Shown one piece after another: positions 37,352 to 46,966 of a DNA stretch of 64,000 bases (positions are counted from its first letter, which is position 1; the number at the start of each line of letters is the position of its first letter). Source of the DNA: a virus; the IMG/VR virus record IMGVR_UViG_2974529149_000001, positions 2,921-66,920 of that record. One strand, given 5' to 3'. The notes under the pieces are model-generated. The model did not search any database. It was not told where the DNA came from and was given only the letters and a program-made list of their open reading frames with translations. The position numbers and the translations under genes are program-made.

Positions 37352-39239
37352 GATAGTCGATGGAAAGATCGGCCTGGTCACCGAAGGCATGCACTGGGAG
37401 ACCGGGCGCGACCTGGCCAAGATGATCCCGGGCGGACGCTGGAACAAGGCCAAGAAGACTTGGACGTACCCGCTGGACTATCGCATCTGCCTGGAGATTC
37501 GGAAGGCGGCCAACAAGTACGAAGCCAAGGTTGCAATTGGCCCCGAGCTGAACGCCTGGGCCCTGGCGGAGAAGGCGCGACTGGCTGACCGTCCCGAGGT
37601 TGGCAGCATGGAGCTTGTTGACTTGCCGAAGATTCGGGAGCAGTACCCCAACATCTGGAAGGCGATCAGCAGTCGTCCGTTTCAGACTGTGAGCGTCAAG
37701 TTCATCTCTCATAGTCGCTCAGCCGTCCTGGCGGACGACCCTGGCCTGGGCAAGACTCTCCAGTCCATCGCCACCGTGGCCAACAACTACGATGAAGGCA
37801 TCTTCCTCGTGGTTGCGCCGAAGTCTGCCGCCACCATTACCTGGCCCAAAGAGATTCACAGATGGCTGCCAGGCGATGCAGTTATCAACATGTATTCATT
37901 GTCAGCCATGTCACCCAAAGACCGTCCTGCCTACTTTGAAAAAGTAAATCGTGGTATAGAGCAGGCCCCTGGTAGAATTTGGGTTGTTACTTCCCCGTAC
38001 TGGATTCAAGTCAAGGCCGAGAAGGATCGCCAGGGCGAGTTCAAGAGGGACGCCAAAGGCAACGTCATCAAGCATTACAAGTTGCCTTTGCTCTTTGAGT
38101 GGGAATGGGACGGTGTGATCGTAGACGAATCTCACAAGGCCGTCATAGCCAATACCGCGAAGCGATCCAAGCACACCCAGACTCGATTTGGGCTAGATGA
38201 ACTTTTTGTGGCAGACAATGCCCTGAAGTTGGCGTTGTCTGGTACGCCGATGCGCGGCAAGGCCGAGAACATGTGGGGCACGCTGAACTGGCTGAAGCCG
38301 AAGTACTACACCAGCTACTGGAAGTGGATGGACAAGCACTTCGAGGTGTACGAGTCCGAGGATGGTTACGGCTCTGGCAAGGTGTACGAAGGTCTGAGGG
38401 ATAAAGCGGCCTTCTACGAGGATATGAAGGATCTATTCATCCGCCGTACGAAGGCTGAGGTAGCCTCTGATCTGCCTCCAAAGATGTACGGCGGCGAGCC
38501 GCTGAACCCCGACGACCCCGACTCACCGCATGGTGTCTGGCTCGATCTGCTGCCCAAGCAGAAGAAGCAGTATGAGCAGATGGTGAAGGAAGGGGCCACC
38601 GACGAGGGCATCATCGCCAACGGCATTCTGTCCGAATGGACCCGGCTCAAGCAGTTCGCTGGGGCAGTCTGCGAGGTCAGGGCAGATGGTTCAGTCGCCG
38701 CAACCACAGAGTCCAACAAGATCGAGTGGATCGAAGAGTTCCTGGATGACCGAGGCATCCTGGATGACTCCGGCGAGAACAAGGTCATCATCGCCTCTCA
38801 GTTCTCGAAGATGGTAGACGCCATCGGCGAGCGACTGGACAAGCTGAAGGTTCCGTACTTCAAGCTGACCGGTGGCACGAAGACCAATGAACGAGTCACG
38901 ATGGCGGATCGGTTCCAGGAGCCTGGTGGACCGAAGGTGTTCTTGCTGACCACTACCGCAGGTGGTGTCTCGCTGACCCTGGACGCGGCAGATGACGTGG
39001 TCATCTGTGACGAGACCTGGGTTCCGGATGACCAGTTGCAGGTTGAGGATCGTGCTCACCGTCTGAGCAGAACAGACCACAACGTCACGATCTGGTACCT
39101 TCGCAGTCGGGGTACAATTGAAGAGGCTATCGCCGCCGTGACCACTGGACGTATGGATGAGACCCTTGGCGTCATGGATGAGTCCCGTGGCGTCGAAATC
39201 AAGCGCATCGCACTCAAGCATGAGGAGATTACCAAATGA
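37326..39239 (+). CDS. SNF2-family (SF2) helicase
   Basis: LADDPGLGKT, VDESH, LSGTP and QVEDRAHR motifs. Confidence 0.9.
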   Translation: MVKRVVRTEIVDGKIGLVTEGMHWETGRDLAKMIPGGRWNKAKKTWTYPLDYRICLEIRKAANKYEAKVAIGPELNAWALAEKARLADRPEVGSMELVDLPKIREQYPNIWKAISSRPFQTVSVKFISHSRSAVLADDPGLGKTLQSIATVANNYDEGIFLVVAPKSAATITWPKEIHRWLPGDAVINMYSLSAMSPKDRPAYFEKVNRGIEQAPGRIWVVTSPYWIQVKAEKDRQGEFKRDAKGNVIKHYKLPLLFEWEWDGVIVDESHKAVIANTAKRSKHTQTRFGLDELFVADNALKLALSGTPMRGKAENMWGTLNWLKPKYYTSYWKWMDKHFEVYESEDGYGSGKVYEGLRDKAAFYEDMKDLFIRRTKAEVASDLPPKMYGGEPLNPDDPDSPHGVWLDLLPKQKKQYEQMVKEGATDEGIIANGILSEWTRLKQFAGAVCEVRADGSVAATTESNKIEWIEEFLDDRGILDDSGENKVIIASQFSKMVDAIGERLDKLKVPYFKLTGGTKTNERVTMADRFQEPGGPKVFLLTTTAGGVSLTLDAADDVVICDETWVPDDQLQVEDRAHRLSRTDHNVTIWYLRSRGTIEEAIAAVTTGRMDETLGVMDESRGVEIKRIALKHEEITK

Positions 39240-39403
39240 TCGACGCCAACATTGAACCAGACCGTTGCCTGATCTGCGGCGAGTTCATGGACTACTGCCT
39301 GGGGCATGGCCCCGACACCGAGCTGGACTTCTGGGACTCCCACGAGGCCGGCGACCACACCAGGTGCAACAAGTTGGCCTGTGAGGAGGCGAACCATGCT
39401 TGA
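39236..39403 (+). CDS. Small Cys/His protein (55 aa; not in ORF track)
   Basis: GAGGAG RBS; CLICGEFMDYCLGH. Confidence 0.55.
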   Translation: MIDANIEPDRCLICGEFMDYCLGHGPDTELDFWDSHEAGDHTRCNKLACEEANHA

Positions 39404-39656
39404 ATGGTTCCTGGCCCTCGGCTTCTCCGCCATCGGATTCATTGGTGGGTGGTGCCTTGGCTATGCCATGAAGATGGACAAGATCAAGGAGCAGATGGTA
39501 CAGGAGTACCACGAGGAGCAGGAGCACCGAAAGAGGCTTCAGCTGGAGCGTAATGGACGCAACGTTCCCAAGCGGCCTGATGCCGCTCCTGGGGCATCCC
39601 GTGTCCATTCAGTCAAGACTGGTCGCAACATGAAGCCGAGAGGAGGTGGAAGATGA
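39396..39656 (+). CDS. Single-TM membrane protein
   Basis: GAGGAGG RBS; N-terminal hydrophobic helix. Confidence 0.6.
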   Translation: MLEWFLALGFSAIGFIGGWCLGYAMKMDKIKEQMVQEYHEEQEHRKRLQLERNGRNVPKRPDAAPGASRVHSVKTGRNMKPRGGGR

Positions 39657-39814
39657 GCCAAGAGACCCGACGACAAAAGGCACTCACCGTGAAGTGCCCC
39701 AACTGCGACTCAGAACCTTACGAACGCTGCACCCAGCCGACTGATTCGGCCCGTAAGCACGTCCGATGGGTTCACCTGGCGCGTGAACACGCGGCTATTG
39801 AGGGGCGCAAGTAG
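39653..39814 (+). CDS. Small Zn-finger protein (53 aa; not in ORF track)
   Basis: AGGAGG RBS; CPNC..C...VHLAR. Confidence 0.6.
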   Translation: MSQETRRQKALTVKCPNCDSEPYERCTQPTDSARKHVRWVHLAREHAAIEGRK

Positions 39815-39857
39815 GTTCAGGCTCAGAAAACTTTTCCCTACTTTTTAGCTAGAAACG

Positions 39858-39886
39858 TTGCGTTCGCTACCGTCATCCGGTAGAGT
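39858..39886 (+). promoter_or_regulatory. SigA-type promoter TTGCGT-N17-TAGAGT
   Basis: AT-rich upstream segment; 17-nt spacer. Confidence 0.7.
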
Positions 39887-39945
39887 CGTAGACGTACCGC
39901 AGGAATGACCCCGGAGGGGTCACCACCAACCGAAGGAATGAAGAA

Positions 39946-40425
39946 ATGGCAGAAGAGACCGTGGCCGTCGACACCGAGGCCCAGGAGTCCGAGAAGGTCA
40001 CCAAGGAGCGCACCCCGGTGAACCCCTTCGACAAGGAGCCCAGCCCGACCCATCGCTCGCTCGCCAAGTACGTCAGCGAGAACTCGCCGGTGGAGCTCAC
40101 CCCCGAGCAGGCCCAGGCCGTCCTGGTGCTGCATGGCCAGTGGCAGGCCAGCCCCGAGCGCAAGGCTGAGCGCGAGGCTGAGAAGGCCGAGAAGGCCAAG
40201 GCAGCCGAGGCGGCCAAGGCCGAGCGTGAGCGCAAGGCCGCTGAGCGCAAGGCTGAGAACGAGCGCAAGGCCGCTGAGAAGAAGGCCAAGGAGGCAGCCA
40301 AGGCTGCCGAGGCCAACGACGACGACAGCGACCTGGACGCCATCGACAACTCGGACGACGACACCGAGACCGAGGCACCCAAGCCGCGTCGTCGGCGCAA
40401 GGCACCGGCGACCGTCGACGCCTGA
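39946..40425 (+). CDS. Putative nucleic-acid-binding protein, paralog of 30865
   Basis: Extreme codon bias; Glu/Arg/Lys/Ala helix; basic RRRRKAPA tail. Confidence 0.75.
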   Translation: MAEETVAVDTEAQESEKVTKERTPVNPFDKEPSPTHRSLAKYVSENSPVELTPEQAQAVLVLHGQWQASPERKAEREAEKAEKAKAAEAAKAERERKAAERKAENERKAAEKKAKEAAKAAEANDDDSDLDAIDNSDDDTETEAPKPRRRRKAPATVDA

Positions 40426-40433
40426 TCAACCAC

Positions 40434-40469
40434 GGGCTCCCTGCCCTAGCGACATGGGGCAGGGGGTTC
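40434..40469 (+). terminator. Terminator-like hairpin
   Basis: GGGCTCCCTGCCCTA / TGGGGCAGGGGGTTC. Confidence 0.6.
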
Positions 40470-40569
40470 TGGTGGAGGCTGGGAAAACCGAACCGCCAGT
40501 GACGTGCCTAGCCTCCTCCAGAGCCTTTTAACAACATGAGAACGTAGAACAGAGAACAGGACCACTCGG

Positions 40570-41787
40570 ATGGCAGAACTCCAGATGCTTCGCTCTTCGG
40601 AGCGGAGCCAATTCAAGAAGTGCCCGCAGTCATGGTGGTGGGGCTACGTCGAAGGTCTTCGACTGGCAGGCTCTGAGTCCATCCCGCTGTGGTTCGGCAC
40701 CGGACTCCATCTCGTGTGGGCCGAATACTACATCCCAGGTTCCAAGCGGGGACGCAACCCGCACGAGACCTGGGATGAGTACTGTGGCGAGGATAACTTC
40801 GACGTGGTGAAGATCATCACGGACACCGAGGATGGACACGAAGTGTTCACCGACGCTAAGGAACTCGGTCACATCATGATTGACGAGTACCTGGCCGAGT
40901 ACAAGGGTGACCCCAACTGGTACGTCGTTGCACCGGAGCAGCGCATCAGGGCTATCCTGCCCCACCCCAAGGACCTTACCCGACCGTACGTGGACCTTCG
41001 TGGTACCATCGACCTCGTGGTTCGGGACGAGGCTAAGGATGGTCAGCTGGACCTCGTGGACCACAAGCACATGGCCAAGCTATCCATTGCGCATCTCCCG
41101 ATGGATGAGCAGCTGGGCGGCTACACGACCGTGGCGGAACATGCGCTGAGGTCTGCCGGGTTGATCTCGAAGACCGACACCATCGACACGATCATCTACA
41201 ATGTCCTGGTGAAGGCGAAGCCTGATACCCGACCGCGTGATCCTCAGGGGCGCTACCGGAACCAGCCCAAGAAGGCTGACTACATCGAGGCACTGGTCAA
41301 GCTGGGCCACGACAGTGGCGACTACGCAGATCGGGCCGATGATCTGAACCTGTCCGTTGAGGTAATCGAAGACCAGGACCGCAAAGAGCTGTCAAAGCTG
41401 ACCCTCCCGAAGCTGAAGGCTGAGGCTGAGGATTGTGACCTAGTAGTTTTCGGCGAGATCAGCAAGCGGCAGGGTACTCCTCACTTCTACCGTGAGGAAG
41501 TGTCCCTGACCAAGAAGCGGAAGCGCCGCCAGATTCAGCGCATTGGCGAGGACATGTTTGCCATGAACGCCGTGCGGGGTGGCAAGCTGCCCATCATGAA
41601 GTCGCCCGGTGAGCACTGCTCCTGGTGCCAGTTCCGTGAACTCTGCGAGCTGGATGAGTCGGGCGGCGATACCGACGAGTTCAAGAAGATGGTCTTCAAC
41701 AAGGAAGACCCGTACGCCGACCATCGGGAAGGCGCTGAGAACAGCAAGACCACGGTCCTGCTCAAGAGAAAGACAGGGGTGAGTTGA
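40570..41787 (+). CDS. Cas4/RecB-like PD-(D/E)XK exonuclease
   Basis: FKKCPQSW, GTGLH, GTIDLV..VDHK, QL..Y and CSWCQFRELC motifs. Confidence 0.85.
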   Translation: MAELQMLRSSERSQFKKCPQSWWWGYVEGLRLAGSESIPLWFGTGLHLVWAEYYIPGSKRGRNPHETWDEYCGEDNFDVVKIITDTEDGHEVFTDAKELGHIMIDEYLAEYKGDPNWYVVAPEQRIRAILPHPKDLTRPYVDLRGTIDLVVRDEAKDGQLDLVDHKHMAKLSIAHLPMDEQLGGYTTVAEHALRSAGLISKTDTIDTIIYNVLVKAKPDTRPRDPQGRYRNQPKKADYIEALVKLGHDSGDYADRADDLNLSVEVIEDQDRKELSKLTLPKLKAEAEDCDLVVFGEISKRQGTPHFYREEVSLTKKRKRRQIQRIGEDMFAMNAVRGGKLPIMKSPGEHCSWCQFRELCELDESGGDTDEFKKMVFNKEDPYADHREGAENSKTTVLLKRKTGVS

Positions 41788-41788
41788 T

Positions 41789-41983
41789 GTGGCGCGTTCC
41801 CTCAACACCAAGGGCCGGGAGGAGCTAGCACTGGTCCGGAAGCGGGTGATTCGGCAAGAGGCTTTGGGCCGAATCTCAGCGCACGACGCCCGCGTTCTCC
41901 TGGACAAGATCAACGAACTCGACGCACTGATCATCAAGACCAACGAGCAAGACCAACCAGACAAGGAGACATTCAGTGTCTAA
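41789..41983 (+). CDS. Hypothetical protein
   Basis: Fills the gap between nuclease and ATPase. Confidence 0.55.
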   Translation: MARSLNTKGREELALVRKRVIRQEALGRISAHDARVLLDKINELDALIIKTNEQDQPDKETFSV

Positions 41984-43067
41984 CCTCCCAGCCGACATTG
42001 TTGACCTTCAGGAGTTCGACGACTCCATCAACCTCGGCATCTACGGACCATCCGGCGTCGGCAAGACCGTCCTGGCCGGTTCGGATGACAACGTCCTGTT
42101 CCTCGCTGTGGAGAAGGGAACCGTCTCAGCCAAGCGGCAGGGATCGAAGGCCAAGGTGTGGCCGATCAAGCAGTGGAACGATCTGGAGAAGGCGTACAAG
42201 TGGCTCGAAGCCAACCCCGACGTCTTCCAGTGGGTCGTCCTCGACTCGGTGACCGAGATGCAGCAGATGGCCATCCGTGAGATTCTGGCCAAGGCCCACG
42301 CCGAGAATGGCAGCCGGGACCTCGACATTCCGGCGATCCAGGACCACCAGAAGTGGCAGAACATCTACAAGCGGTTCATAAACTACTTCGTGGAGCTGCC
42401 CATTGACACCGTGTTCCTGTTCCTGGTTCGCACCGCCGTGGACGAGGACAAGAACGAGTTCCTCACGCCTGACATCCAGGGCAAGAACTACCAGCTGTCC
42501 CAGTACACCTGTGGCCAGATGAGCGCCTACGGCTACATGTCCAACCGCAAGGTTGCCATGAAGAACGAGAAGGGCGAGATTCTGGTCGACACTGGCGGAA
42601 AGCGCGTCCCCCAGATCATCCGTCGCATCACCTGGATGGACACCGGAACGATCCGTGGAAAGGATCGCTACAACATCCTGGAGCCGTACACCGAGGACCT
42701 GACCCTCAAGGACATTCGCATGCTGATCGAGGGCGAGGTCACCCGAGAGGACCTGGGGCAGTTCATCCGCCCGAAGGTCGTCGGCACCAAGGAAGAACTG
42801 CTGGCCCAGAAGAAGGCGGCGAAGGCCAAGGCCAACTCGAAGCCCAACCGTCGCAAGGCGGAGCAAGAGGCGGCTGAGAAGGAAATGGAGCAGATGGCAG
42901 CGGATGAAGACGCCGCCGCTGAGCCGGATGACGACGCCGCTGAGGTCGAGACGGCCAAGGCCGACGAGAAGGCCCACAAGGACGAGAAGGCCGACGAGTC
43001 CAAGGACACCGAATCGGATGATGAGTTCGACTTCGAGATGGACGGGGACTTCGACTTCAGCGAGTAA
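41976..43067 (+). CDS. AAA ATPase (Sak4-like recombination protein)
   Basis: Walker A GPSGVGKT, Walker B VVLDS, GKDR; between nuclease and SSB. Confidence 0.8.
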   Translation: MSNLPADIVDLQEFDDSINLGIYGPSGVGKTVLAGSDDNVLFLAVEKGTVSAKRQGSKAKVWPIKQWNDLEKAYKWLEANPDVFQWVVLDSVTEMQQMAIREILAKAHAENGSRDLDIPAIQDHQKWQNIYKRFINYFVELPIDTVFLFLVRTAVDEDKNEFLTPDIQGKNYQLSQYTCGQMSAYGYMSNRKVAMKNEKGEILVDTGGKRVPQIIRRITWMDTGTIRGKDRYNILEPYTEDLTLKDIRMLIEGEVTREDLGQFIRPKVVGTKEELLAQKKAAKAKANSKPNRRKAEQEAAEKEMEQMAADEDAAAEPDDDAAEVETAKADEKAHKDEKADESKDTESDDEFDFEMDGDFDFSE

Positions 43068-43243
43068 TGTGTGGGGATAGTGGTGCATCGTTCCATGCCA
43101 CAACATGGTTCGCTTGGCGCTCAGTCCGGAACAGGGGCACCACAAGTCGGTATAGGCGGGTGAAGGCCGACACCTTAGACTACAACTGAATATCGTCTGT
43201 ACCTGAACATGTCAACGGAGTAACTGAACGAAACGAGAACACA

Positions 43244-43894
43244 ATGCCCAAGTTCAAGGGTGGATTCGGCATCGACGACGTCAATGAGGCGATCAACGCC
43301 GATGCCGGTGACGCGCAGGTGGGTTACACCGGAGAAGTCCCTCCCAAGGGAGTCTACCGGGGTCGCCTCAAGCGCATGGAGCTGACGAAGACCGGGGAGC
43401 GTTCCAACAACCCCGGTACTCCGATGCTCCGCATGCTGGTGGAGATCGACGAGCCCAAGGGCTCGAAGAAGAGCCAGTACAACGGATATGGCATCTGGAA
43501 CAACCAGACCATCACCAAGAAGTCGACCGGCTTCGTCAACCAGGTGCTGGAGGCCCTGGTCGGGGGCAACGAGCAGAAGGCCAAGGCCGTCAAGACCTGG
43601 TTCTGGAAGGAGCAGTTGGTCACCGACGAACCCGAAGGTGGGCACATTCTCGCCATCGGCAAGTTCAAGATCAACTCTCCCGAGGCTGACATCGCCGTCA
43701 TCGTGGACACGAAGAACAAGCGCACCAACGCCGAGTACCCCGACCCCGGTCTGGAGATCAAGCGGTGGCTGGTTCCGAGTGGCGACTCCGACGACGACGA
43801 CTCGGTGGATGAGGTTGATGACGACCTCGACGCCGACGAGTTGGATGACGAGGACGAGCTGGGTGACGACGACGACCTGGAGGCCGGGTTCTGA
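43244..43894 (+). CDS. Single-stranded DNA-binding protein
   Basis: PKGVYRG..GTPML OB-like core; very acidic tail ending in F. Confidence 0.7.
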   Translation: MPKFKGGFGIDDVNEAINADAGDAQVGYTGEVPPKGVYRGRLKRMELTKTGERSNNPGTPMLRMLVEIDEPKGSKKSQYNGYGIWNNQTITKKSTGFVNQVLEALVGGNEQKAKAVKTWFWKEQLVTDEPEGGHILAIGKFKINSPEADIAVIVDTKNKRTNAEYPDPGLEIKRWLVPSGDSDDDDSVDEVDDDLDADELDDEDELGDDDDLEAGF

Positions 43895-43941
43895 CCAGTT
43901 CGGCGTAACCCCCGCTGGTTGGTCTATCTAGACCGTATCTG

Positions 43942-43987
43942 AGGATGACGGGGTCGGTTCGGTATACCGGATCGGCCCCGTCATCCT
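43942..43987 (+). terminator. Long hairpin after SSB
   Basis: AGGATGACGGGGTCGGTTCGGT / ACCGGATCGGCCCCGTCATCCT; the three non-Watson-Crick pairs are all G.U. Confidence 0.7.
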
Positions 43988-44072
43988 GCGTCTAGGCCGC
44001 GTGCCGGTACCGTATACGCGGGCCGGATAGGGTAGAATAATCGGAGTAGAGGAACCCCGAGAGGACAACAAA

Positions 44073-44879
44073 GTGAAAGTATGCGTGATTGGCTGTGGGC
44101 CTACGGGACTCTTGGCATCAGCCGCCGCAATGGAGATGGGGCATCAGGTTGAAATCTGGTCCCAGCCGAAGAAGTCAGAACTCTTCGGTGCCCAGTACCT
44201 GCACTGCCAACCACCGCTCGTCCAGGGCGTTCCTGAGTTCACCGTGAACTACGATACCTTGGGTGGAGCTGAAGCATATCGGAAGAAGGTCTATGGACCC
44301 AGCTGGGACGGAACGGTCAGCCCCGAGGACTTCCAAGAGCCGCATCAGGGTTGGGATATTCGCTTCACCTACGAGGTGCTGTGGTCGCTGTTCGAGGGCA
44401 GCATCCATCCGTTCACCATCTCGAACTTCGATGAGGCGAACATGCTGATCGACTTTGACCAGTACGATGTGATCTTCAGCTCGGTGCCTCGCACCGTGTG
44501 GAAGATGGGCAATGAGGTATTCCTCAGCCAGGACGTGTTGGCAGTCGGCGACACCACCTGGCGGAAGCTGGACGTACCGATCCCACCAAACACCGTGATC
44601 TGCAACGGGCTCAACCGCCCCTCTTGGTACCGAGGTTCACACATCGACGGGTTCAAGACGCTCGAATGGCCGCTGCGTGACAAGTTCGATCGAGCAATCA
44701 AGCCACCCATCCCTGGCGTCGTCAAGGTCAAGAAGCCTTTGGCCTACCGACCTGATCCGAACAAGCCGAACCCGGCTGACCAGAGGTTCCATCACATCGG
44801 AAGGTATGGAGAGTGGAAGAAGGGCGTTCTGACCAGCGACGCTATCGCCATCGTGAGGGAAGTGTTGGGTGATGGGTAA
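44073..44879 (+). CDS. FAD-dependent oxidoreductase (UDP-galactopyranose mutase/protoporphyrinogen oxidase-like)
   Basis: N-terminal VIGCGPTG dinucleotide motif; FGAQYLH; C-terminal IGRYGEWK. Confidence 0.7.
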   Translation: MKVCVIGCGPTGLLASAAAMEMGHQVEIWSQPKKSELFGAQYLHCQPPLVQGVPEFTVNYDTLGGAEAYRKKVYGPSWDGTVSPEDFQEPHQGWDIRFTYEVLWSLFEGSIHPFTISNFDEANMLIDFDQYDVIFSSVPRTVWKMGNEVFLSQDVLAVGDTTWRKLDVPIPPNTVICNGLNRPSWYRGSHIDGFKTLEWPLRDKFDRAIKPPIPGVVKVKKPLAYRPDPNKPNPADQRFHHIGRYGEWKKGVLTSDAIAIVREVLGDG

Positions 44880-45567
44880 CAATGGATCTCAGGCGTTCGA
44901 CAACGGCAAGCCGATCATCGCGCTCGACATTGATGGAACCCTCGGCGACTATCATGGACATTTCCTTCGGTTCGCCGAAGCCTGGTATGGACGGCCTATG
45001 CCTGATCCCAGTGAGATTAATCCTGGGCTCCCGCTGCACAAGTTCATGCAGACGAGCAAGGCCACATATCGGCAATGCAAGCTTGCATACCGACAGGGTG
45101 GTCTCAAAAGAAGTATGCCTGCCTACCCAGGAGCTGCTGGACTTACTCGATATATCCGCCAGAGTCTCGGTGCAGAGGTTTGGATCTGTACTACCAGACC
45201 TTATCTACGTCTGGACAACATCGACCCAGACACCCGTCACTGGCTCCGTCGGAACAATATCCAGTATGATGGCGTCGTGTGGGGGCCGCACAAATACCGT
45301 GACCTGGCCAAGAGGGTTGGAACGGATCGCATTGTGGCGGTACTGGATGATGAGCTTGGCCTTGTCAAGCAAGCTAGAGAGGTTGGGGTTGAAAACGTCT
45401 ACCTCAGAGACCAACCGTATAACATTTGGTCGGATGCTCTCGGTAGGCCCAATCGCCGAATTATGAAGCAAGATGGGGTCATCCGGATTGACGGGGACTA
45501 TGACCGGGGATTGATTCAGATGTACCTCAGATGGGACGTGGAAGAATGGCACCAAGCGAGAAGCTAG
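44872..45567 (+). CDS. HAD-superfamily phosphatase (5'-nucleotidase-like)
   Basis: ALDIDGTL, CTTRP, a Lys and VLDD as motifs I-IV. Confidence 0.85.
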   Translation: MGNNGSQAFDNGKPIIALDIDGTLGDYHGHFLRFAEAWYGRPMPDPSEINPGLPLHKFMQTSKATYRQCKLAYRQGGLKRSMPAYPGAAGLTRYIRQSLGAEVWICTTRPYLRLDNIDPDTRHWLRRNNIQYDGVVWGPHKYRDLAKRVGTDRIVAVLDDELGLVKQAREVGVENVYLRDQPYNIWSDALGRPNRRIMKQDGVIRIDGDYDRGLIQMYLRWDVEEWHQARS

Positions 45568-45773
45568 TAAAGGAGTTGGTTGGCCGGTCATCAGGAAAGA
45601 CGCACTGGCAAAAAGAAGGAACAGATGAGCAGCCGCTCTGCGGAACGAGCTTTTGGAGTGCCCTGTCCGGAGTCATCAGCGACCCGGAATTTGAGTTCTG
45701 CGTGACCTGCAAGACCTGCAACCGAATGCTCAAGAGGAGACGAGAAAATGACCAAGAAGATTCCAGGGGATGA
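45546..45773 (+). CDS. Small Cys/His protein
   Basis: H..PLCG...VTCKTC. Confidence 0.5.
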   Translation: MAPSEKLVKELVGRSSGKTHWQKEGTDEQPLCGTSFWSALSGVISDPEFEFCVTCKTCNRMLKRRRENDQEDSRG

Positions 45774-46245
45774 GTTGCCCCCGAGTGGCATCAACATCAA
45801 CATCGACTACTTCGCCGACCGGCTGAGCGACCAGGGCCGAGAGATCATCTACACGATCGCACCGGTGGCCTTGGAGAACTTCGCCCGGAAGAACGCGGAC
45901 TACGGCGACACTAGCTTTGACCTGGGCATCGCCGGGCAGTATGCGGAGCTCTGGCGGAAGGTCGGCAAGCTCAAGGGGCCGATGTGGGAAGGCAAGGCCC
46001 TTGAGTTTGAGCAGATGGACGAGATTCTGCAAGACCTCATCGGCCACTGCTTGCTGTCCCTGTACTTCCTTCACACCAATGAGGCAGAGCGCATCACACC
46101 GGTTGCCTCCAAGGCGCTCAACTCAGCAATGGGCAATCATCTTCAGCACTTTCCTGAAGAAGAGTTGGGCACTTACTGCAACATCGACCCTTCTGGTCGA
46201 TGCACGAAAACGAGCCATTACGAAATGAAAGAGCAGAATGACTGA
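45748..46245 (+). CDS. Nucleotide modification associated domain 1 (NMAD1/DUF1599)-like protein
   Basis: FARKNADYGD ... KVGKLK ... EILQDLIGH pattern of this all-alpha family. Confidence 0.7.
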   Translation: MTKKIPGDELPPSGININIDYFADRLSDQGREIIYTIAPVALENFARKNADYGDTSFDLGIAGQYAELWRKVGKLKGPMWEGKALEFEQMDEILQDLIGHCLLSLYFLHTNEAERITPVASKALNSAMGNHLQHFPEEELGTYCNIDPSGRCTKTSHYEMKEQND

Positions 46246-46966
46246 AGAATTTGGTTGCGACACCGGGGTGCATGGTCGCAAGGAAAACGAGGGCAAGGGC
46301 TGGGTTGGTAAGTACGATGCCCGAGAAAACCCCCAGATGGATGAGCCGCTGAACTTCGCGTTGTTTGGCCTAGCTCGCCAGCAGGAGTTCCTGGACATGA
46401 AGTGGCGCGAAGTCGACTGGGACCTTCCCGTTCTGGACCTCGGACCGGGAAACAAGATCATCCCCGGTGCGGTCCGGTGTGAGTACCCTGAGTACAACTT
46501 CGAGTCACCGGACTTCCTGCCCACGGCTCAGACGTCTACATCATTCAAGTTCCTCAGCTCGGATGACGTTCTGGATGGGAAGTTCGGGTACACTGACGCC
46601 TACTCCATGTACCGATGCACGTTGCCCTACCCGGACAACAGCGTGGGTGGCATCTTCGCGGTCAACATCCTCGAACACCTTTGGGACCCGAGGCCGATCA
46701 TGGAGGAGTGCGCCCGAGTCCTGGCACCGGGTTGCCCGCTGAACATCGTCGTGCCCCATGCCCACTCGGTGATCTACTCGCAAGACCTGGACCACAAGAA
46801 GGAGTTCGTGCTGGACTCCTTCAAGAACTGGCTCAACAACCAGTACTGGGGTCCGGACCGGACCGCGTTGAGGCTGCGGGTAGGCACCCTGTTCAAGTTC
46901 TCCATCAAGGAGGGCAACGAGAACATCCAGTGCCAGCTCGTGAAGAAGTTCGATTCGGAGGAGTGA
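46238..46966 (+). CDS. Class I SAM-dependent methyltransferase (Methyltransf_11 type)
   Basis: VLDLGPG; LPYPDNSV; NILEHL; ECARVLAPG..IVVP. Confidence 0.85.
   Translation: MTEEFGCDTGVHGRKENEGKGWVGKYDARENPQMDEPLNFALFGLARQQEFLDMKWREVDWDLPVLDLGPGNKIIPGAVRCEYPEYNFESPDFLPTAQTSTSFKFLSSDDVLDGKFGYTDAYSMYRCTLPYPDNSVGGIFAVNILEHLWDPRPIMEECARVLAPGCPLNIVVPHAHSVIYSQDLDHKKEFVLDSFKNWLNNQYWGPDRTALRLRVGTLFKFSIKEGNENIQCQLVKKFDSEE

Noticed and set aside
40570..41787. Cas4-like gene as a sign of CRISPR-Cas
   Set aside because: No repeat-spacer array or other cas genes; it sits in a standard nuclease-ATPase-SSB recombination module
46238..46966. DNA methyltransferase of restriction-modification type
   Set aside because: Lacks DPPY/NPPY and PC catalytic motifs; resembles small-molecule methyltransferases
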